Shown here piece by piece: positions 30,098 through 39,090 of a DNA stretch of 64,000 nt; the stretch's first letter is position 1; each line of letters begins with the position of its first letter. Made by a program: the position numbers and the translations under genes. The notes below the pieces were generated by a model that saw only the letters and a program-made list of their open reading frames with translations, made no database searches and was not told the DNA's origin. The DNA lies in NCBI GenBank assembly GCA_018062825.1, contig JAGORL010000001.1, forward strand, positions 247,074 through 311,073. Direction: 5' to 3'. Origin of the DNA: Patescibacteria group bacterium. Lineage in GTDB: Bacteria > Patescibacteriota > Patescibacteriia > UBA9934.

Positions 30098-30146
30098 ACG
30101 AAGACCTCGTTCGTCGGTATATCCGAGAACGAGGTCGTTTTTATTT
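30098..30146. terminator. bidirectional terminator (GACCTCGTTC...GAACGAGGTC followed by TTTTTATTT)
   Basis: Sits between the convergent AAA_28 gene and the ABC exporter gene, whose stop is at 30145-30147. Confidence 0.7.
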
Positions 30147-31884
30147 AACTCTGGCGTTGTTTGTGAAGCAGCATGTCCATAGCCTCAGTAAGTGAGCCCG
30201 CTGGTGTAATCGCCCCACTATTAACGAAGAAGATTTCGTCAGCGCTCTCAATGGTGTTCAAGCGGTGGGCAATAATCACGCGCGTAGTCGATGCTGGTAG
30301 CGCCGTTAAAGCCTTCTCAAGAAGCTGCTCAGTAACCGTATCAATATTAGCCGTCGCTTCATCAAGGATAAGAAGTTCTGGGCTACGTAGAATTGCTCGC
30401 ATGAAAGCTACAATCTGCTTTTGGCCAGCGCTGAGCGTGCCACCGGTTGTGCCGATCGTGGTCAGGAGTCCTTGCTCAAAGCGTTCAAGTAAGTCAGTGA
30501 GGCCGAGGTCGGTGAGAAGCTCAGTTAACTGATCATCGGTTAGCGAGCTGTAGCGATCATTGCCGTACAAGATATTGTCACGTACGGTTCCGGCGAGAAG
30601 AAACGGATCCTGCAAGATAAAGCCGATCCTCATTGCTCGCTCTACATCGGTATATGAACGCAAGTCTTTGCCGTGGAGCCGCACGGTTCCAGAAGTAGGA
30701 TCATACAAACGCGCCATAAGTGACGCTGTCGTTGTTTTGCCGCCACCCGTTGGACCAACAAGTGCGTACGTTTTCCCAGCCTCAAGCTGCAGATTAATAT
30801 TTTGCAAAACCGTCTTGCCGTCAGGATAGGCAAACTGCACGTCGCTAAAGGTGAGAAGCTTGTTGTTGTTTACTGGAGCTGTATCAGGAATGGTCTGCAT
30901 GTCTGAAGTGAGACTCAAAAGGTGCTCAATACGATCACCAGCCGAGAGCGCTCCCTGCAGTGATCCCCAGAACATGGCCACCTGACGTAGTGGATCATAG
31001 AAGCGCATGATGTACGTCAAAAAACTCACAAGAACACCAAGAGTGATTGATCCACTGGCGATAAGCGTGATGCCGTAGGTGATTGCAATAACCTGAGCTA
31101 CCTGACTCATGAAGGTATACAGTGGGTTCAAGGCGTGATTTGCGAGCTCTGTTTGCTGGGATGCTACGTAATTTGCGGCATTAGATTCACTTAGGCGGGT
31201 GCGGAAGTAGTCTTGGCGATTAAAAACCACCATGACTTTAAAGTTTTCGATATTTTCCTGAACCGCAGCACTAAACTGACCGGTTGTTTGTAGGCTCGCG
31301 GCGTTCTTGCGCTTAATATAGGAGGCGGTAATTTTAGCAATCACCAAAAGCACGAGCGCTGGCGCAAGACTTGCTGCACCAAGGCGTAGATCGGTAAGTA
31401 AGAGTGCAATACCAGAGCCGATAATCATGAAGGCATTGCCAACAAACTGCATGATCGCCTGTGAAAAAAAGTTGTTCAACTTTTCGGTGTCATTGTTAAT
31501 ACGAGAAATAAGATCTCCAGCCTTATTCTGATTGAAGAAGGCCATCGGCATGGCAGAAATCTTAGTGAAGATGGTGTTACGCAGATTGAAGATCAAGCGC
31601 TGACCAACGCCGCCCATGGCAGTTGTTTGTACGTACATGGCAATAAACGTACCGATAAAAAGAGCACCAAGTTGCAATGCTACAAACAGGAGTCCGGCTT
31701 CATCATTTACTAAGATGTAGTCATCAAGAGCACGACCAATCAGCGTTGGAGCCAGAAGCTGAAACAGTGAGCTAAGTAAGATAGCAATAACCGCTACCGT
31801 CATCGGAAGCTTTTCATGGCGAAGGAACTGCCAGAAGAAGCGGAGCTTAGTTTTGCCTGGTGGCTTATTCAGCTGATAGTTCAT
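30145..31884 (-). CDS. ABC exporter, fused permease/ATP-binding subunit (MsbA/MdlB-like), half of a likely heterodimer
   Basis: 6-TM domain followed by an NBD with LSAGQKQ and ILDEAT motifs. ATG (MNYQLNK) overlaps the upstream gene's end by about 20 nt. Confidence 0.88.
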   Translation of the reverse strand: MNYQLNKPPGKTKLRFFWQFLRHEKLPMTVAVIAILLSSLFQLLAPTLIGRALDDYILVNDEAGLLFVALQLGALFIGTFIAMYVQTTAMGGVGQRLIFNLRNTIFTKISAMPMAFFNQNKAGDLISRINNDTEKLNNFFSQAIMQFVGNAFMIIGSGIALLLTDLRLGAASLAPALVLLVIAKITASYIKRKNAASLQTTGQFSAAVQENIENFKVMVVFNRQDYFRTRLSESNAANYVASQQTELANHALNPLYTFMSQVAQVIAITYGITLIASGSITLGVLVSFLTYIMRFYDPLRQVAMFWGSLQGALSAGDRIEHLLSLTSDMQTIPDTAPVNNNKLLTFSDVQFAYPDGKTVLQNINLQLEAGKTYALVGPTGGGKTTTASLMARLYDPTSGTVRLHGKDLRSYTDVERAMRIGFILQDPFLLAGTVRDNILYGNDRYSSLTDDQLTELLTDLGLTDLLERFEQGLLTTIGTTGGTLSAGQKQIVAFMRAILRSPELLILDEATANIDTVTEQLLEKALTALPASTTRVIIAHRLNTIESADEIFFVNSGAITPAGSLTEAMDMLLHKQRQS

Positions 31885-33571
31885 AGGTATTGGTACTGCG
31901 TTGTGACTCAACGATTTGGGCGTACTCAGGTGATTGTTTGAGAAGGGAAGTATGCGTGCCGGTGGCCAGGATCTCACCCTCCATAAGGAGGATGACATTG
32001 TCATACGCCTCAGCGGTTGCCACTTTTTGCGTTACCGAGACAAGTGTGAGATCTGGGTAGTTGCGATTGAGATTCTCTAGAATTTTCTGTTCAGTACGGA
32101 TATCAACACGTGCTGTGAAGTCATCCAGGTAGAGAATCTTTGGATGCTGCGCTAGCGCACGCGCTAGCATGACGCGCTGCTTTTGTCCGCCCGAGAGGCT
32201 TGTACCGCGTTCAGATACGATCGTTTGCAAGCCGTCAGGAAGGGAAGTGATGAAGTCACGCAGTTCTGCAGTATCAATCGCAAGCGCAACATCAGCATCG
32301 CTCACTTCACGGCCAAAGCGAATGTTCTCAAGAATGGTCATGTTGAAGAGTGCACTATCTTGAAAAACAATGCCGAGCTCTTTGCGAAGTGCGGCCTGAT
32401 TGTATTCATGAACCGGCACGTCGTCATACGTGATAGTTCCGGCGGTTGGCGCGGTAAGTCCGGCAAGTAAGTAGAGAAGCTGTGTTTTGCCGGCAGCCGT
32501 TGGTCCAATGATCGCTGTCTTGGTTTTTGGTTCAATCGTAAACGTAGCATCACGCAAAACACTCGTGGTTTCGTACTGAAGTTGAACACCACTCACGGCA
32601 ACTCGACCAAGGAAGGTTGCAGGCGTAATACTACCAACCTCTTTCACAGAGGCGGTTAACACTTCCGCTACGCGTCCATATGATGCCGCCGCCCGACCCA
32701 TCATGGTACCCATGAAGCCAAGCATGAACAACGGAAAGATAAGAATGGTGAGGTAGTTCATGAAGGCAGCAAACTCACCAACGCTCAAATTGCCATCAAT
32801 AATGTAGTGACCGCCAAGAAGCACCATGATAATCATGGCGCTATTAGCAATGAGGGTAATGATCGGAATAAGGGCAGCAAAGGTTTTGAGGATCTGCATG
32901 CCGGTATCACGCGCATCGCTATTTGCCTTTACAAAACGCTCGTACTCAAGTGCTTGTGCATTTAGAACGCGAATAAGCGCTGATCCAAGAATGCTTTCGT
33001 TAATAACCGTATTGAGGCGATCAATAACCTGCTGACTCTTTAAAAACAAGGGACGAATGCTAGAAAACAAAGTAAAGATCGCAATCGCAATCAGCGGCAC
33101 AATAGCAACAACCGCAGCGCCAAGTCGCAAGTGAATAGAGAGAAGAAATGCCGCTGCACCAATGATGATAAACACCGAAGAAAAAAGCGTCGGAATTGCT
33201 TGCGAAACAAATTGCTTGGTTGCATCAATGTCAGAAGTGAAGTTAGTTAGAAGTACGGAAGGCGTTTTGTTTTGCACGAACAGAAAATTCTGTTCAGAAA
33301 TGCTCGTAGCGAGTTGATCACGCAAATCCCGAGCAACGCGTTCGCTAACACGCGTCTGAACAAAAACAAGTAACGCGCCACAGATTAAAATAAGGGCAGC
33401 GAGTAGGCCGAACTGCCAAATAACGTTCAGGCTATCGTAGGTGCCGGTGGTATAGGAGGTGATTGCTCGTGAGATAAAGCTTGGAACAAGAAGGTTCAAG
33501 AAGCTTTGCGTAAGTGCAAGAAGCACGAGCGCCAGGATGAAGAATCGATACGTTTTAATGAGGGTCTGCAT
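31865..33571 (-). CDS. ABC exporter, fused permease/ATP-binding subunit, partner subunit
   Basis: TM domain followed by an NBD with GPTAAGKT, LSGGQKQRV and ILYLDD motifs. Confidence 0.88.
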   Translation of the reverse strand: MQTLIKTYRFFILALVLLALTQSFLNLLVPSFISRAITSYTTGTYDSLNVIWQFGLLAALILICGALLVFVQTRVSERVARDLRDQLATSISEQNFLFVQNKTPSVLLTNFTSDIDATKQFVSQAIPTLFSSVFIIIGAAAFLLSIHLRLGAAVVAIVPLIAIAIFTLFSSIRPLFLKSQQVIDRLNTVINESILGSALIRVLNAQALEYERFVKANSDARDTGMQILKTFAALIPIITLIANSAMIIMVLLGGHYIIDGNLSVGEFAAFMNYLTILIFPLFMLGFMGTMMGRAAASYGRVAEVLTASVKEVGSITPATFLGRVAVSGVQLQYETTSVLRDATFTIEPKTKTAIIGPTAAGKTQLLYLLAGLTAPTAGTITYDDVPVHEYNQAALRKELGIVFQDSALFNMTILENIRFGREVSDADVALAIDTAELRDFITSLPDGLQTIVSERGTSLSGGQKQRVMLARALAQHPKILYLDDFTARVDIRTEQKILENLNRNYPDLTLVSVTQKVATAEAYDNVILLMEGEILATGTHTSLLKQSPEYAQIVESQRSTNTYELSAE

Positions 33572-33593
33572 ACTAGCGGTGGTGATTATAATT

Positions 33594-34019
33594 TTAGGTG
33601 CTATCCATTAGTGACTTTGTGAGTTCAGAAGCGGTGCCTTCTAGCTCAGCTATGCTCGCTGGCACCCGGTGTTCAACGCCTTCAGCTGCTACGAATAATC
33701 TGCGTAAGCTATGCTTGCTAGGTACAACGTGCAGATGAAGATGATTCTGTGAGCGAAAGCCCCAGCCATTAACAATAGCTAGACTGGTTTCTCCAGTTAG
33801 CTTTTCGACCGCTCGCATGCAACGGTCGGAGAGTGATAAAAAGGCCTGAGATTCTATTGGCTTGAGATCGCTAAGATTTTCAACGTGACGAACCGGAAGA
33901 ATCATGACGTGGCCTTTCTTGACAGGGCTGTCATTAATGATCGCAAAAACCGACTCGTCTTGATAAACAACGCGGTACGTTTCATTAATTAAGGCATTGC
34001 ACAACACGCAGGCGTCCAT
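33594..34019 (-). CDS. HIT-family hydrolase
   Basis: Histidine triad HLHLHVVP. Confidence 0.9.
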   Translation of the reverse strand: MDACVLCNALINETYRVVYQDESVFAIINDSPVKKGHVMILPVRHVENLSDLKPIESQAFLSLSDRCMRAVEKLTGETSLAIVNGWGFRSQNHLHLHVVPSKHSLRRLFVAAEGVEHRVPASIAELEGTASELTKSLMDST

Positions 34020-34110
34020 AATCGGGATTGTATATTAAACAGGGTACAGGTTATCGGGGATAGTGCAATCTTGCCCCCAATCAGATATTCAGGTATAGTT
34101 TCGTCGCTTT

Positions 34111-34198
34111 GGAGAGGTCGCATAGTGGCCTAGTGCGCACGCTTGGAAAGCGTGTGAATCGAAAGGTTCCGAGAGTTCGAATCTCTCCCTCTCCGCCA
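34111..34198 (+). tRNA. tRNA-Ser (anticodon GGA)
   Basis: Acceptor GGAGAGG/CCTCTCC, anticodon loop TTGGAAA, long variable arm, T-loop TTCGAAT and an encoded CCA. A small terminator hairpin follows (CTCAC..GTGAG plus T-tract). Confidence 0.85.
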
Positions 34199-34293
34199 GA
34201 AAATGTTCTCACTTTGGTGAGGACTTTTTCTTTTTGGAAATAATAAACCCCACAACCTGCCGCACGTCTTTCATTCAGCGAAAGATGCGTACA

Positions 34294-34845
34294 TTAGTTG
34301 TGGGGGCGGGGCGGCAGGAGTATGTCAGCCCAGGAAAAGAGCGCGAGCTGCGCGGGATCGATGACCGTGATGGCATCGAAGCCCTGCGACAGCTCGACGT
34401 GTTGGCGGTGGAAGAGTCGGTAATCACGACGGCAGCCCTCCTCGACAGCACGGCGGCTAAGTTTCGTCGGCTGCTCGCGCGCCAGGAATTGTCGCACAAC
34501 TAAGTCTTCCGACGTCACGAAGTGCCAACCCTCAATCTCGTCCGCCCCAAGCCCGCGCAAGAGTTTAGCAATCATCACACGTTCCTGCGCGAACCCGTTC
34601 CACATATCTAGAATCAGTATCGCATTTTCCCGTTGTAGTAGTATCCCTACACGCTCGAAGAGCACCTGAGCGGCATAGGCATGTTCGCCCTGATAAGGGC
34701 TGAGCATGGTGGCGCCAAACAGTTCACGCAGAATTGCGTCACGTTCGATTAGTGCCACATCTGACCTCCGGGCGAGAACCTCCTGACACAGGGTACTTTT
34801 TCCGGCTCCACGTGGGCCAATCGTCAAAATGACCTTCTTCATCAT
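34294..34845 (-). CDS. P-loop kinase-like protein (AAA_33/zeta/PNK-like), GC-rich, next to the 3' end of tRNA-Ser
   Basis: Walker A GPRGAGKST and hydrophobic-strand-Asp ILILD. GAGGG ribosome-binding site; about 62% GC. Confidence 0.55.
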   Translation of the reverse strand: MMKKVILTIGPRGAGKSTLCQEVLARRSDVALIERDAILRELFGATMLSPYQGEHAYAAQVLFERVGILLQRENAILILDMWNGFAQERVMIAKLLRGLGADEIEGWHFVTSEDLVVRQFLAREQPTKLSRRAVEEGCRRDYRLFHRQHVELSQGFDAITVIDPAQLALFSWADILLPPRPHN

Positions 34846-34960
34846 GCCCTCATTGGCTTGAGGTTGCTGAATAAACTTAACAAAGCCAGCTCTTTAACAC
34901 AAATACTAATACGTTCGCTAACAGGCGTTTAATTAGCCGGTTTTATGCTAGAATAGACCC

Positions 34961-35347
34961 ATGAAACGGTCCTATACCAGTACTCAAGTTCCTCAGCCGC
35001 TCGCGGTCTTGCGCCGTGCCGGTTATGCCGCTTTCCGGGACCCAAATACCGGGGAAGAGAGCTTTATTTTACGTTTAGGCGCCGGCTACTACCCTCGGTA
35101 TCACCTGTACGTTGAGCTCGTGCCTGGTGGCTATTCCTTTAATCTGCACCTTGATCAAAAGCAGGCGTCATATGAAGGGGCCTCGGCCCATAATGGCGAG
35201 TATACTGGGCCAATTATTGAAAAAGAGTTAGAACGCATTGATAAGTGGGCACGGGCGGTCTATATTGAACTTATGCAAAAGCCGGCACAGGAAGCAGCGG
35301 CTGCTAAGACAAAGCGTGGCTTATTAGGTGGTCTATTTGGTAAGTAA
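34961..35347 (+). CDS. hypothetical protein (128 aa)
   Basis: ORF with a C-terminal GLLGGLFGK tail; no recognised motif. Confidence 0.45.
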   Translation: MKRSYTSTQVPQPLAVLRRAGYAAFRDPNTGEESFILRLGAGYYPRYHLYVELVPGGYSFNLHLDQKQASYEGASAHNGEYTGPIIEKELERIDKWARAVYIELMQKPAQEAAAAKTKRGLLGGLFGK

Positions 35348-35349
35348 TT

Positions 35350-35604
35350 ATGTCGATCAAAGATGAGGCAAAGAAATTAAAAAGTGCCGTACTGGAATCG
35401 ACTATTTCCTATTTTATTGCAGCCTTGTCAGTTGTGGCTGGTTTAGCGTGGAATGATGCCATCGCTAGCTCCATCGCTGTTCTTTTCCCAGGAGACGCCT
35501 CAAGTATCATCGCGAAATTCACATACGCCGTTTTTGTCACCATTCTTGTGGTACTCTTAACAGTAGGAATAAAGCGTCTAATGAAAAAAGACGAAATATC
35601 CTGA
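35350..35604 (+). CDS. small two-TM membrane protein
   Basis: 84 aa with hydrophobic segments ISYFIAALSVVAGLAW and FTYAVFVTILVVLLTV. Confidence 0.5.
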   Translation: MSIKDEAKKLKSAVLESTISYFIAALSVVAGLAWNDAIASSIAVLFPGDASSIIAKFTYAVFVTILVVLLTVGIKRLMKKDEIS

Positions 35605-35617
35605 ACATTTCAAAGCT

Positions 35618-36304
35618 ATGAAAGCCGTCATCCTTGCCGCTGGTAAGGGTGCACGCCTTCGTCCACTCACTGATTACGTACCAAAGCCGCTTCTGGACGT
35701 TGGCGGTGCGCCACTGATTACCCGCACACTCATGAGTTTGCCTCGGGCTGTCACCGAGATCCATATCGTTGTCGGCTACATGGGCGAGAAGATACTCACC
35801 GCACTCGGCGGCCATTTTGCTGGTCGACCGATTTTTTATCATCAGCAAGAAACATTGAACGGAACCGGGGGCGCCATGATGCTTTTGAAGGATGTTATCG
35901 ACGGCCCGACACTTATTTTAAATGCTGACGACCTATACTCCGGAGATGACCTAGCTCGTTTATCAGAATATCCGCTCGCTATTCTTGCGAAAGAGCGCAC
36001 CCGTGGTACCGTGCCTAATCCATTGTCCGTGCGTCACGGTTTTCTAAATGGTTTCGCACGTTTGCCGCAGCATCAGTACGCGCCACTGGAAAATTGTGGC
36101 GCTTACCTTGTCGATAAACGTTACTTTTCAGTGCCGCCGGCTATGATTCAAGTGCGTGATCAGATGGAGTACAGCCTGCCGCACGCTTTTGTTGAACTTG
36201 CGAAAAATGAACTCGTGAGCGTCGTTCGAGCAACGTTTTGGATGCCGGTTGGCACACCGGAACAGCTCGCGGTCGCAAGAGACCTCGTAAACCTTGGGAG
36301 ATAG
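35618..36304 (+). CDS. sugar-phosphate nucleotidyltransferase (NTP_transferase family)
   Basis: N-terminal AVILAAGKGARLRPLT signature. Confidence 0.8.
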   Translation: MKAVILAAGKGARLRPLTDYVPKPLLDVGGAPLITRTLMSLPRAVTEIHIVVGYMGEKILTALGGHFAGRPIFYHQQETLNGTGGAMMLLKDVIDGPTLILNADDLYSGDDLARLSEYPLAILAKERTRGTVPNPLSVRHGFLNGFARLPQHQYAPLENCGAYLVDKRYFSVPPAMIQVRDQMEYSLPHAFVELAKNELVSVVRATFWMPVGTPEQLAVARDLVNLGR

Positions 36305-36351
36305 TGTAAAAGCTGGTAAAAATGGCGGTATTGTGCTAACCTTCGCCAGTT

Positions 36352-37218
36352 ATGCCAGCAGCCAATTTTCATAAAGATGACCTGCGGGACTGTGCAGCGC
36401 TTGTTAAAAAGACCAAAGAACGAGCTTTTTTTGCTGTTAAATTTCTACCAAAAGACGCAAGAGATGCGGTTTTAGTCCTACGAGCCTTTGTGCACATCGC
36501 CCTGTCTCATAAAGATGCGGGCGATGCGCAGAAGCTCGCCATCTTCAAGGATGCCTGGCGCGCGGCTCTTATCTCAGCCCCACCGATAAGCATTCCAGCG
36601 GCTTGGTTCTCGGTCTTGCGTGCCACAAGTGAGGTATTCCGTGTTTATAAAATTAGCGCCGCGGAAGGAGACCTCTTTTTTACCGCCTTAGAAAAAGATT
36701 TAGATCGTGGTTTGTGTGTGCCGCAATCTGATATCGATGAGATTGAGGCGGGTATGGCAGCGATTGGTCGCATGTTCGCTAAAGCCGTGCAGTGTGAGGA
36801 TGAGCGCGGCGTAATCGCCTGCGGAGAGGTTGCGCGTGCCATGTATCGCACCGAGAGTCTTGTGCGGTTTGAAGCGAGCGTAGTAAAGCATCGTCGCGTT
36901 TCCATGAGTGTTGAGATGTGTAGATCAGTAGGGGTTGAAGACGAGCACGTAACTGCCGGTCGAGTATCACCGGAACTCATAGCGCTGTTCAAGAAACACA
37001 TTTTTGAAACCCGTCAGATCTATCGTGGTGCTGAACGCGCGCTTGCACTACTTCCCATGGGATCATCCCGAGCGGCGCGTGTTATTGCCGCAATATACGA
37101 ATCAAAACTTGATCGCGTTGTTGCACAAAAATACGATGTCTTCCATGGAGCTCGCAAGCCATCCATCACTATGCGTCTACTTGTGTCTATTCGTCTCTGG
37201 ATACGTTTACGCGGCTAG
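36352..37218 (+). CDS. squalene/phytoene synthase-family protein with degenerate Asp-rich motifs
   Basis: FFAVKFLPKDARDAVLVLRAF resembles the CrtB/HpnD N-terminus. The expected ADDIVD motif is replaced by SHKDAGD and the second DxxxD region is also altered. Confidence 0.6.
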   Translation: MPAANFHKDDLRDCAALVKKTKERAFFAVKFLPKDARDAVLVLRAFVHIALSHKDAGDAQKLAIFKDAWRAALISAPPISIPAAWFSVLRATSEVFRVYKISAAEGDLFFTALEKDLDRGLCVPQSDIDEIEAGMAAIGRMFAKAVQCEDERGVIACGEVARAMYRTESLVRFEASVVKHRRVSMSVEMCRSVGVEDEHVTAGRVSPELIALFKKHIFETRQIYRGAERALALLPMGSSRAARVIAAIYESKLDRVVAQKYDVFHGARKPSITMRLLVSIRLWIRLRG

Positions 37219-37271
37219 CCTGGACGCAACAAAACCCGTCGATTCGTCGTTTGCACGACAAGTGACGGGTT

Positions 37272-37712
37272 TTACGTTTGGTGACGCGCTCGCAGCGCAA
37301 CCACCAGGTCCGCGACAATCGGGATGAGTCGATTCACAATCGGCGCCATGAGAAGCGACGTGAGAAAGGTGACCCCGATCGCCTTCGGCAAGTTCGCGGC
37401 CGGCGTCAGGAAAACGACGATCGACGTGAAGGTCGTCGTTTGAGCGACGGCGTACGTGACGCCGCGCACAAAATCCTGACGCATCGTGTGTTCACCACCG
37501 AACCTGTCGACGGCATACGTAGCGATGCGCGTGTAGTACACGCCTAGCCACGTTTTCACAATGATGAGTCCGAAGGCAGCGATCACTGACGCCTGGCCGC
37601 TAAGGCCGGCGAGGTAATAGTTCTTCAGGACCACGAGAAGTGCCCCAAAGAAAAACACCAGTGCGCCAGCGGTCTTGCTGCCGTCACCGGGTTGGTAGGG
37701 GAGTTTTGGCAC
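37272..37712 (-). CDS. hypothetical 4-TM membrane protein, GC-rich
   Basis: GTG start with AAGGAGA upstream; ORF track TTG at 37742. About 60% GC. Confidence 0.5.
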   Translation of the reverse strand: MPKLPYQPGDGSKTAGALVFFFGALLVVLKNYYLAGLSGQASVIAAFGLIIVKTWLGVYYTRIATYAVDRFGGEHTMRQDFVRGVTYAVAQTTTFTSIVVFLTPAANLPKAIGVTFLTSLLMAPIVNRLIPIVADLVVALRARHQT

Positions 37713-37747
37713 GAAAGTCTCCTTGGAAAGAGCGACGTGCAAGGGTA

Positions 37748-38254
37748 CTAGATTTGAGTACGTTTTGCAATAGCAAGACGAGCCTCAGGATCGGCTTCGG
37801 CGTACTCTTTGAGCTTATGTAAAAGAATGCGAGGGGTACTAGCAACGGTGAAGTTGAGATACGTCATGATGGCTTTCAGAAGCCAGTGCTTTGGCGTGAT
37901 GGTGAGTTCATGCGTCAGTCGTGAGCCATCTCTTTCGCGTGTCATGACATAGCGACTTGTCGAGGACGAATGATCGCTCTCGGCTGTATAGGAGAACTCA
38001 ATCCCCGGTGAGGCGATAAGCACTTTGCCAGTACTCATGATTTTCGCTGAGGAGCCGCCGTGAAAGCGATCATTATCAACGCTAAAACGAAAAGTTGAGC
38101 CGCTCTCAACGTCACCATCCCATTCCCAGTGCACGAGGGTATACATCCAGCCGCGTATATGCGTTGGATCAGTTAGAAGTTCATATACCTGCTGTGGCGG
38201 AAGATTAATGAAGATGGAGTTCGTGTAGGTTCGATACATAGTGTGTACAGGCAA
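37748..38254 (-). CDS. SRPBCC-superfamily protein (polyketide cyclase / AHSA1-like)
   Basis: Size and N-terminal pattern (INLPPQQVYELLTDP..GW) fit the SRPBCC fold. Confidence 0.55.
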   Translation of the reverse strand: MPVHTMYRTYTNSIFINLPPQQVYELLTDPTHIRGWMYTLVHWEWDGDVESGSTFRFSVDNDRFHGGSSAKIMSTGKVLIASPGIEFSYTAESDHSSSTSRYVMTRERDGSRLTHELTITPKHWLLKAIMTYLNFTVASTPRILLHKLKEYAEADPEARLAIAKRTQI

Positions 38255-38301
38255 CTATATAAAGGCGTTTGTTTCCTTTATGATGCCAGAGACTTTTACG
38301 T

Positions 38302-39090
38302 ATGGCTATTAAAAATGAACTCTGGGTGCTGGGTGTCGGGTGTGGGGTACTAGGCCTATTAGGTTTTATGTCAGGGCAGGCGCCGCTTCCAAGTGCGTTC
38401 TCTTGGCTGCCGATCATAAGCGTTGTTCTCTTAGCGCTACCTGGATACTTCGCCTTTGTGTCAGACGCCGGTGACAAGCGTGGGGGAGCGGTGCTTATCA
38501 TGCTCGCCCTTGTTGGGCTAGGTATTGAGTACATCGGTGTTACTACCGGTTGGCCGTACGGAACCTTTGCTTACAGTGAGGTGATGGGCGAGAAACTTTT
38601 TGGCGTCGTTCCGTGGACTGTAGCTTTCGCTTGGCCGCCACTTGTTCTTGGTGCGCTGTACGCTGTGAAGTCTATTAACCATTGGCCGCTTGCTGTGCGC
38701 GCTTTGCTTGCTGCACTTCTTTTAGTGGTGATCGATCTAGCCCTTGATCCAGCAGCCGTAGCTCAAGCATTTTGGACCTTTACACCACCGGGGCCATATT
38801 ACGGTGTACCGTGGGTGAACTACGCTGGTTGGCTATTGAGTGGCTTTATTGGAAGCGCCTTGGCGCTGAGTGTGATTAAAAAGAGCGCGCACCACCTGTC
38901 TTGGCGCACAGCCTCAAGTGCAGTCTTATCGATCGCATTCTTTACGGGTGTAAATGCGTCGTATGGTCTGTATGTTCCTATGCTTGTTGGTTTGCTGTTG
39001 ATCGCTGCCTTTTTCTTTGTTCAAGGGAAACGTTTTGTTCGCATCTATGCACATCTCGCAGCTCGCAAGGCACAGCAGGGCCAGAAATAA
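38302..39090 (+). CDS. COG2324 / DUF422-type carotenoid-biosynthesis membrane protein (CruF-like)
   Basis: Multi-TM protein with GWPYGTFAYSE and GVPWVNYAGW motifs. Confidence 0.55.
   Translation: MAIKNELWVLGVGCGVLGLLGFMSGQAPLPSAFSWLPIISVVLLALPGYFAFVSDAGDKRGGAVLIMLALVGLGIEYIGVTTGWPYGTFAYSEVMGEKLFGVVPWTVAFAWPPLVLGALYAVKSINHWPLAVRALLAALLLVVIDLALDPAAVAQAFWTFTPPGPYYGVPWVNYAGWLLSGFIGSALALSVIKKSAHHLSWRTASSAVLSIAFFTGVNASYGLYVPMLVGLLLIAAFFFVQGKRFVRIYAHLAARKAQQGQK

Noticed and set aside
22480-30100. Possibility that the GC-rich segments are assembly chimeras or contamination
   Set aside because: Each islet is bounded by intact backbone genes with their own terminators or promoters, and is short (0.3-2.3 kb). 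Two islets carry AT-rich backbone-style consensus promoters fused to the GC-rich ORFs. This pattern is expected for integrated cassettes, not for mis-joins. Read-level confirmation is still needed.
34246-34330. Apparent inverted repeat CCCCACAACCTGCCGC / TTGTGGGGGCGGGGCGGCAGG near the tRNA-Ser-proximal kinase 3' end
   Set aside because: The complementary halves are in the same, not inverted, order (A B … A' B'). They cannot form a simple hairpin, and the segment lies partly inside the coding region.
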